Virus record (IMG/VR): IMGVR_UViG_3300020029_000023
Span: 1-5,957 of that record
DNA from: a virus
Reading direction: 5' to 3' (one strand)
Length of the DNA: 5,957 nucleotides
How positions within the stretch are numbered: position 1 is the first letter of the stretch; every line of letters begins with the position of its first letter. The notes beneath the pieces are model-generated. The model ran no database searches. It saw only the letters and a program-made list of their open reading frames with translations, and was not told the DNA's origin. Shown in pieces: positions 1 to 3,875 of this stretch. Both the position numbers and the translations under genes were made by a program.

Positions 1-121
1 AAGATTTAACCCCGATATTGATTTTGATCCCAACTCTTTCTCTCGTATGGATAAGTTTGACGGTCTCGAGGTTGGTCAGGAACTTATTGATTCACAGCTT
101 GATAGGTCAAAACCCTCGTCA
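1..121. repeat. Terminal direct repeat, copy 1. Assembly overlap of a circular genome, identical to 5837..5957.
   Basis: Base-by-base comparison: 1..121 (aagatttaaccccgatattg...aaccctcgtca) equals 5837..5957 at a constant offset of 5836. The repeat runs exactly to both window ends. An ORF reads through the junction in frame. Confidence 0.97.
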
Positions 122-148
122 AATCCTACCAGTTCTGAAGAAAAATAG
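1..148 (+). CDS. 3' portion of the same junction-spanning ORF. Bases 1..121 duplicate 5837..5957. Codons are in phase from position 2, and the stop TAG is at 146..148.
   Basis: The frame continues from 5955..5957 (TCA, equal to 119..121) into AAT CCT ACC AGT TCT GAA GAA AAA TAG, ending at 148. Confidence 0.6.
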   Translation, partial: RFNPDIDFDPNSFSRMDKFDGLEVGQELIDSQLDRSKPSSNPTSSEEK

Positions 149-178
149 TATACCCTTTACTTGACGATATATGCTACG

Positions 179-256
179 TGCGCGGACCCCTTCTGCGAGA
201 GTTCGTGAATTGCTGAAGGTTATTGGTAACGACTGCCGGAGAGGCCGCGCATTTTT
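179..256 (+). terminator. GC-rich imperfect long hairpin followed by TTTTT. Candidate intrinsic terminator or ssDNA structure after the capsid/scaffold module.
   Basis: tgcgcgg (179..185) is the exact reverse complement of ccgcgca (245..251), and ttttt follows directly at 252..256. Imperfect pairing continues inward (c187-g244, c188-g243, c190-g241, t191-a240, c193-g238). The enclosed span is about 59 nt, so this is not a classic compact terminator. It also overlaps the optional 5' extension of ORF 171..473. Confidence 0.25.
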
Positions 257-281
257 CTATCGTTCTTTAAATCTTACTCTG

Positions 282-473
282 ATGTCTGATACTAAACAAC
301 CTCTTTATAAGTCGAAGGCGTTTTGGACACTCGTCTCGTCTATCGTTGCTGCACTGGCTGCCTTTTTTCTTTCATCGTGTTCGGCTCAAGCTAGACTGCA
401 GCGTAGTGGTGTTCACATCGATACTGTGCGTGTCGATTATATCATTCGTTCTAACAATTTAATTAACACGTAG
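282..473 (+). CDS. Small putative lipoprotein: 63-aa precursor, 31-aa mature part. An alternative upstream ATG at 171 would give 100 aa.
   Basis: From Met at 282 the sequence is MSDTKQPLYKSK (basic n-region), AFWTLVSSIVAALAAFFL (h-region), then L-S-S-C. That lipobox fits [LVI][ASTVI][GAS]C, with the Cys codon tgt at 378..380. The stop TAG at 471..473 lies 1 nt before the VP2 ATG at 475. Starting at 171 would put 37 Arg-rich residues ahead of the signal peptide, which does not fit a Sec/SPII signal, so I prefer 282. Confidence 0.6.
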   Translation: MSDTKQPLYKSKAFWTLVSSIVAALAAFFLSSCSAQARLQRSGVHIDTVRVDYIIRSNNLINT

Positions 474-474
474 T

Positions 475-1728
475 ATGCCTATCCCTGTTGCCGCATCTTT
501 TGGTCAAGCCCTTGGTCAGTCTGCTGCTTCTACCGGCTCTAGCGGCTTGATTAATGGTTTCCTAGGCCAGCTTTTTGGTGGCATGAACGCTCGTCGTCAG
601 TGGCGTTTTCAGCAGAAGCAAATGAAGCTTCAACAGCAGTATGCTTTAGAGCAAATGCAAAAACAGTCAGAGCTCTCTTATGCTAATTGGCAGAAACAGT
701 TTGACTACGAAAACGCTTACAATGACCCTTCGAAGGTTTTCGATCGCTATTTGAAGGCCGGTGTAACACCTGCTGCCGTACTCGGCTCTTCCGGCGTTGG
801 TGTAAATGCCACTATGTCAGGCGGCTCCGCGTCTATGCCTTCTGCCTCTGGCCCTTCTGGTGGCGCTCCTGTTAGTCCTGGCGCCATCTCCCCTGGCGAC
901 CCTACTGCTATCGCGCAGAATATGATTGCACAATCTACGGTTGATCGCAATGTTGCTGCTGCTAATCGAGATGATGCAGAAGCTGCTAATCTTCGAGGCA
1001 ATACTCATACGCAAGAGTGGCGAGAGCGAATGGATAAATTTGAGTTGCAGATTGCTGAGCACCATGTTAAGGATGCTCGTGAGCTTGCTAACCTTCGTGA
1101 GGCGCAGGCTCAAATTGTAGCAATTGATGCTTATTTGTCCAATATTACACAAGGTTATAAGATGACTTCTATTATGGCTATGGCTGGCATCTTGGAGGAG
1201 AAATACCAGAATCTTCGCTTAACGAATGATTGGTTCGAACCTGAAGCCGGTGCGGCGCTCGCCGTCGCTTGGAGTTCTGCCCTCGCTAACGTCGCCTCGG
1301 CTAATGAGTCTGACTCTCGTACAAAACTTAACGCCCAAGAGCTCAAGGATTTGCAAAAGTGGTTCGAGCTCAACTGGGAAAAGGAGGTTCCCGTTCAGAT
1401 ACGTAACGAGAAGGGTGAAGTCGTTGAGACGAAGACAATGAAGGTGGCTGAGACCTTGGCCATACTGAAGACTGCTGCCGCTGAAACTGCTCAGCTCGAA
1501 ACAGGTAACGCTCGTTGGGACTTGCGGAATTCTCGCCTTCGCCTCGGACATGATGTTGTTCGCTCCTTCGCTGCTGCTGCTGGCATTGCCGCTTCTTCCT
1601 ACGTCAGTCGTAAGGCTGGAGGTCCCGCTGGCCCAGAAGGTTACGAGGAAATGAGGGAATTCTACGGCCCTTCAGGTGATCATGTCGGCGGTACTTACGT
1701 TCGCCGGAATTATCTTGGGAGAAACTGA
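475..1728 (+). CDS. Minor capsid / DNA pilot protein (VP2, H-like), 417 aa.
   Basis: The N-terminal region ...RRQWRFQQKQMKLQQQYALEQMQKQSELSYANWQKQFDYENAYNDPSKVFDRYLKAGVTPAAVLG matches, from memory, the conserved Q-rich ...YN.P......R...AG.NP... block of gokusho/alpavirus VP2. It is followed by a Gly/Ser/Pro low-complexity linker and long Ala/Glu-rich, helix-like segments. Size and position are typical. Confidence 0.8.
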   Translation: MPIPVAASFGQALGQSAASTGSSGLINGFLGQLFGGMNARRQWRFQQKQMKLQQQYALEQMQKQSELSYANWQKQFDYENAYNDPSKVFDRYLKAGVTPAAVLGSSGVGVNATMSGGSASMPSASGPSGGAPVSPGAISPGDPTAIAQNMIAQSTVDRNVAAANRDDAEAANLRGNTHTQEWRERMDKFELQIAEHHVKDARELANLREAQAQIVAIDAYLSNITQGYKMTSIMAMAGILEEKYQNLRLTNDWFEPEAGAALAVAWSSALANVASANESDSRTKLNAQELKDLQKWFELNWEKEVPVQIRNEKGEVVETKTMKVAETLAILKTAAAETAQLETGNARWDLRNSRLRLGHDVVRSFAAAAGIAASSYVSRKAGGPAGPEGYEEMREFYGPSGDHVGGTYVRRNYLGRN

Positions 1729-1739
1729 ACAACTTATTC

Positions 1740-1754
1740 GACCTTTTGACCTTT
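1740..1754 (+). repeat. Tandem direct repeat GACCTTT-t-GACCTTT in the VP2/ORF1809 intergenic spacer.
   Basis: GACCTTT is read directly at 1740..1746 and again at 1748..1754. It is short and could arise by chance. Confidence 0.4.
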
Positions 1755-1782
1755 ACATCTCTCTTTCCGTGTTGTATATTTG
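1745..1782 (+). promoter_or_regulatory. Candidate Bacteroidota-type promoter (TTTG ... TAnnTTTG) upstream of ORF 1809.
   Basis: TATATTTG at 1775..1782 fits the Bacteroides -7 consensus TAnnTTTG and ends 26 nt before the ATG at 1809. A TTTG sits at 1745..1748, but the 26-nt spacing is longer than the roughly 19-21 nt I recall for the -33/-7 pair. It lies in an 80-nt non-coding gap. Confidence 0.3.
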
Positions 1783-1808
1783 TACTGTAAACCAATAACC
1801 ATACTACC

Positions 1809-2129
1809 ATGAAAAAGTCTAGCAAGAGTGTTAGAACTGACGATTTGATGATCGACGTTGTAGAGTACGCATTCACTGAGTGGCTCGTTCGTCGAGGAAT
1901 ATTTTCCGCCTTTAAGGCGAATTACGAGCACGCTTTCGCACCCTACGAGAGTTTTCGTGATCACCTGCGTTCTCGCATTCGACACTCTCTTTACGGTTTC
2001 GGTTTCAGACTTACTCACCTTGTGTCCTCCGCGTTTTTGTTCACTTCGACGCCCGAAGGTCCTAAGTTTTGGTGTAAGCAGTCTGCTGCCTGGGCGCGTT
2101 TTTGCTCTGAATTTCAAGTAAAATTTTAA
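1809..2129 (+). CDS. Hypothetical protein, 106 aa (ORFan).
   Basis: ATG-initiated ORF on the same strand as all other genes. It fills the gap between VP2 and the next ORF, and its T-rich third codon positions match the recognised genes. I recognise no motif. Confidence 0.55.
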   Translation: MKKSSKSVRTDDLMIDVVEYAFTEWLVRRGIFSAFKANYEHAFAPYESFRDHLRSRIRHSLYGFGFRLTHLVSSAFLFTSTPEGPKFWCKQSAAWARFCSEFQVKF

Positions 2130-2140
2130 ATCACATTATT

Positions 2141-2464
2141 ATGACACAGATTCATGTTGTTGTCCGGCGAGTTAATCCGGCTCTCAAGGTTGATTTCGCC
2201 CAGATAGGTCGTTTTAAAGACGGCCAGTTTGATCCACTCCCTCTTAGCGCTATTGCGAACACTCCTGTTGCGCGTTTCTTGGAGAATTCGGATATCAGCG
2301 ATTCACCCTACGTCAACCACTCGAAAATAGCAGATATTATTGCTGCCTGTGAAAGCCTTCCTGGTTTTAGCATCGAGTTTTTTGATAATACAATAGTTCT
2401 TATGTTTGATTTTGATCTCAACTACAATGAAAGCGCGACGAAAGAAGAAGGGAAAGGGAACTAA
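2141..2464 (+). CDS. Hypothetical protein, 107 aa, with an acidic C-terminus (ORFan).
   Basis: The ATG is 11 nt after the preceding stop, on the same strand and with the same codon style. It shares an in-frame 17/18-nt segment (2406..2423, encoding DFDLN) with the junction-spanning acidic ORF (18..35, encoding DFDPN). Confidence 0.6.
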   Translation: MTQIHVVVRRVNPALKVDFAQIGRFKDGQFDPLPLSAIANTPVARFLENSDISDSPYVNHSKIADIIAACESLPGFSIEFFDNTIVLMFDFDLNYNESATKEEGKGN

Positions 2465-2507
2465 AGTTGTGACCCGCCCGCTTGGTGGTAGAGTTCTTTA
2501 ACTACTT

Positions 2508-2572
2508 GAACCCCAGGGGACAACCGAAGGTTGTGGCCACCGCGAAGCGGTAAGGTACCCCCCTGCGGGTTC
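2508..2572 (+). other. Compound stem-loop (three-way junction) with two C(GAA)G triloop hairpins. Candidate ssDNA complementary-strand origin, or an RNA structure/terminator.
   Basis: Outer stem: gaaccccagggg (2508..2519) pairs with cccctg(c)gggttc (2560..2572), 12 bp with C2566 bulged.
Hairpin A: caacc (2521..2525) pairs with ggttg (2529..2533), loop gaa.
Hairpin B: accgc (2539..2543) pairs with gcggt (2547..2551), loop gaa. It extends through cc/gg (2537-38 with 2554-55) and gg/cc (2535-36 with 2558-59), leaving two 2-nt bulges.
GCGAAGC lies at 2542..2548. The junction strands are only 0-1 nt long. Confidence 0.65.
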
Positions 2573-2601
2573 TTCCTTTTAACCCGTATATACCTTTTTT
2601 T
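2566..2601 (+). terminator. Alternative hairpin plus T7 tract. It excludes the outer stem of the 2508..2572 fold and is a weak intrinsic-terminator candidate.
   Basis: cgggtt (2566..2571) pairs with aacccg (2581..2586) around the 9-nt loop cttcctttt. A T7 run at 2595..2601 begins 8 nt after the stem, which is not canonical spacing. The hairpin reuses the 3' strand of the outer stem, so the two folds compete. Confidence 0.25.
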
Positions 2602-2802
2602 ATGGATTATTTCGATTTCCGCCCTCGGTTTTCGCCTACCGTTGATAGTATTCCTTATCGTTATTCTATTGGCGCATATCGCGGCAAAAGGCGCGTTGTT
2701 ATTGCCTGGTTTTCTGACGAGTGTTTCGCACATGACTACCTTGTCCGCTGTCGCCGCGATAATCCTGATATTAAATTTGATTGTCTTCGAAGCCTACTGT
2801 AA
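2602..2802 (+). CDS. Hypothetical small protein, 66 aa, apparently translationally coupled to the Rep gene.
   Basis: ATG at 2602. The stop TAA at 2800..2802 overlaps the Rep ATG at 2802..2804, forming TAATG. Third codon positions are T-rich as in the recognised genes. The competing 100-aa ORF 2531..2833 looks like the hydrophobic +1-frame shadow of this ORF. Confidence 0.55.
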   Translation: MDYFDFRPRFSPTVDSIPYRYSIGAYRGKRRVVIAWFSDECFAHDYLVRCRRDNPDIKFDCLRSLL

Positions 2803-3872
2803 TGCCTTGTTCGTCGCCCATATGGATACGTAACCGTCGTTATTTTGACAAGAAGAACCCCTGTCGTAACGGCTCCGATGTCGCTAAGTCCGCTCTGGCT
2901 CTCCGCCCCTGGGATATCGCTCGTCAGTGGCTTATGGTCCCGTGTGGAAAGTGCGAAGACTGTCTTCGTCGCCAGCGCAACGATTGGTTCGTCCGGCTCG
3001 AGCGTGAGCTTGCCCGTTGTAAGGCTAATGGCTCGCAGGCTATTTTTGTTACGATAACGATTGCTCCGAAGCATTATAACGAAGCCTTGCTTGATCCGTC
3101 CTGGTTTATTCGGAAATTTAACGAACGCCTACGCCACAAGCTTGGCCATTCGTTTAAACACGCTTTTTTCCAGGAGTTTGGCACCCATCCAGAAACAGGA
3201 AACGAGCCTCGATTGCATTTTCACGGCTTTTTGTTTGGCACAAACGTTCTCTATAACACGATTCGTTCTGCGGTTCGAGACCTTGGTTTCGTTTGGCTAA
3301 CAAAAGCAACTCACAAGCGTGCTCGTTACTGCGTTAAATATGTTACTAAACAAATTCAGTTTAACCCCGAAGAGATTTCGGATAAATATGTTACCGTAGA
3401 TGGAAAACCTACAGCTTTGTCTCGCCTCCTCCAACATCGGCGTTATACGCGCAAGTTTATATCTGCTGGCGTCGGCGATTTTCTTGGTTACATGCCTCGC
3501 CCTTCTTCTCGCGTTTCGTCGTGGTCTTATTTTGATCCTGAGAAACGTATCAATTATAATTACTCGATTCCTCGATACTATCTTAAATATCTTAAATCGG
3601 AAGACGACGTTGTTCGCTCGATTGCCGCCGCTGATGCTTATTCACGTTTTAGCAAGTCTCCTCTGGTTAAGCGTATTGTTTCTTTGTGTGTTGAGCGGTT
3701 CAATCTCAATTCCTCCGTATCCCGTAGAGCGTCTTATACGTGGGAACAGCGACAAATAATGCGTTTTTCCGCCTCTTCCCGGAAAATGCCTGATCTTGAT
3801 CCTCCAACCTGGTTGAATTTGGATATTCTTCAGTTTTGGAGAGATCACTATAAACTTCAACTAATTATTTAA
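2802..3872 (+). CDS. Rolling-circle replication initiation protein (VP4, phiX A-like HUH endonuclease), 356 aa from the ATG at 2802. The ORF track extends it to a TTG at 2781.
   Basis: The N-terminus MPCSSPIWIRNRRYF and PCGKCEDCLRRQRNDWF are typical of VP4. Motif 1 is IFVTITI. The HUH motif is RLHFHGFLF, with the first His codon at 3216..3218. The double-tyrosine motif YCVKYVTK (Tyr codons 3327..3329 and 3339..3341) has the same Y-x-x-K-Y-x-x-K spacing as the catalytic tyrosines of phiX174 protein A. Confidence 0.9.
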   Translation: MPCSSPIWIRNRRYFDKKNPCRNGSDVAKSALALRPWDIARQWLMVPCGKCEDCLRRQRNDWFVRLERELARCKANGSQAIFVTITIAPKHYNEALLDPSWFIRKFNERLRHKLGHSFKHAFFQEFGTHPETGNEPRLHFHGFLFGTNVLYNTIRSAVRDLGFVWLTKATHKRARYCVKYVTKQIQFNPEEISDKYVTVDGKPTALSRLLQHRRYTRKFISAGVGDFLGYMPRPSSRVSSWSYFDPEKRINYNYSIPRYYLKYLKSEDDVVRSIAAADAYSRFSKSPLVKRIVSLCVERFNLNSSVSRRASYTWEQRQIMRFSASSRKMPDLDPPTWLNLDILQFWRDHYKLQLII

Positions 3873-3875
3873 TTT

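Noticed and set aside
161-176. E. coli-like -35 TTGACG (161..166) followed by an ATATAT stretch.
   Set aside because: The TA-rich hexamer follows almost immediately, with 0-2 nt spacing instead of about 17. It therefore cannot act as a sigma70 -35/-10 pair.
1135-1152. CAATATTAC (1140..1148) in the loop of a small hairpin, resembling the NANTATTAC nonanucleotide origin of CRESS-DNA viruses.
   Set aside because: The stem is only 4 bp (ttgt with acaa). The site lies deep inside the VP2 coding sequence. phiX-type Reps are not known to need this motif. It is most likely chance in an AT-rich stretch.
747-2117. Minus-strand ORFs 747..1001, 817..1152, 1155..1373, 1219..1551, 1604..1876 and 1734..2117.
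   Set aside because: All lie antisense to well-supported or same-strand-consistent genes. Microviruses transcribe only one strand. Their sequences are Arg/Ser/Leu-rich low-complexity shadows of the sense frames, and none shows a recognisable motif.
2508-2572. Whether the three-way junction is a tRNA, a hammerhead or another small self-cleaving ribozyme.
   Set aside because: There is no cloverleaf (only two internal arms, and no T-loop GTTCRA). The junction strands are 0-1 nt long, so there is no room for the hammerhead CUGANGA/GAAA core. I see no conserved cores of the other ribozyme classes I know.
2785-2792. The 8-bp palindrome CTTCGAAG just upstream of the Rep ATG, and the GGTACC palindrome at 2554..2559.
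   Set aside because: They are short restriction-site-like palindromes with no extension. GGTACC is already accounted for within hairpin B of the structured element.
2781-2801. TTG start for Rep, as drawn in the ORF track (MSSKPTV...).
   Set aside because: The ATG at 2802 gives the typical VP4 N-terminus (MPCSSPIW...) and forms a TAATG overlap with the upstream ORF. The extra 7 codons lie entirely within that ORF.
2531-2833. 100-aa very hydrophobic + strand ORF spanning the structured intergenic element, ORF66 and the Rep start.
   Set aside because: Its start lies inside the stem-loop element. Its second codon position coincides with the T-rich third position of ORF 2602..2802, which explains the hydrophobicity. 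The TAATG coupling favours the 2602 frame instead.
926-3300. Other + strand off-frame ORFs inside VP2 and Rep: 926..1120, 1226..1441, 2845..3057 and 3061..3300.
   Set aside because: They are short (64-79 aa), fully embedded in larger recognised genes and compositionally explained. Nothing distinguishes them from chance ORFs.
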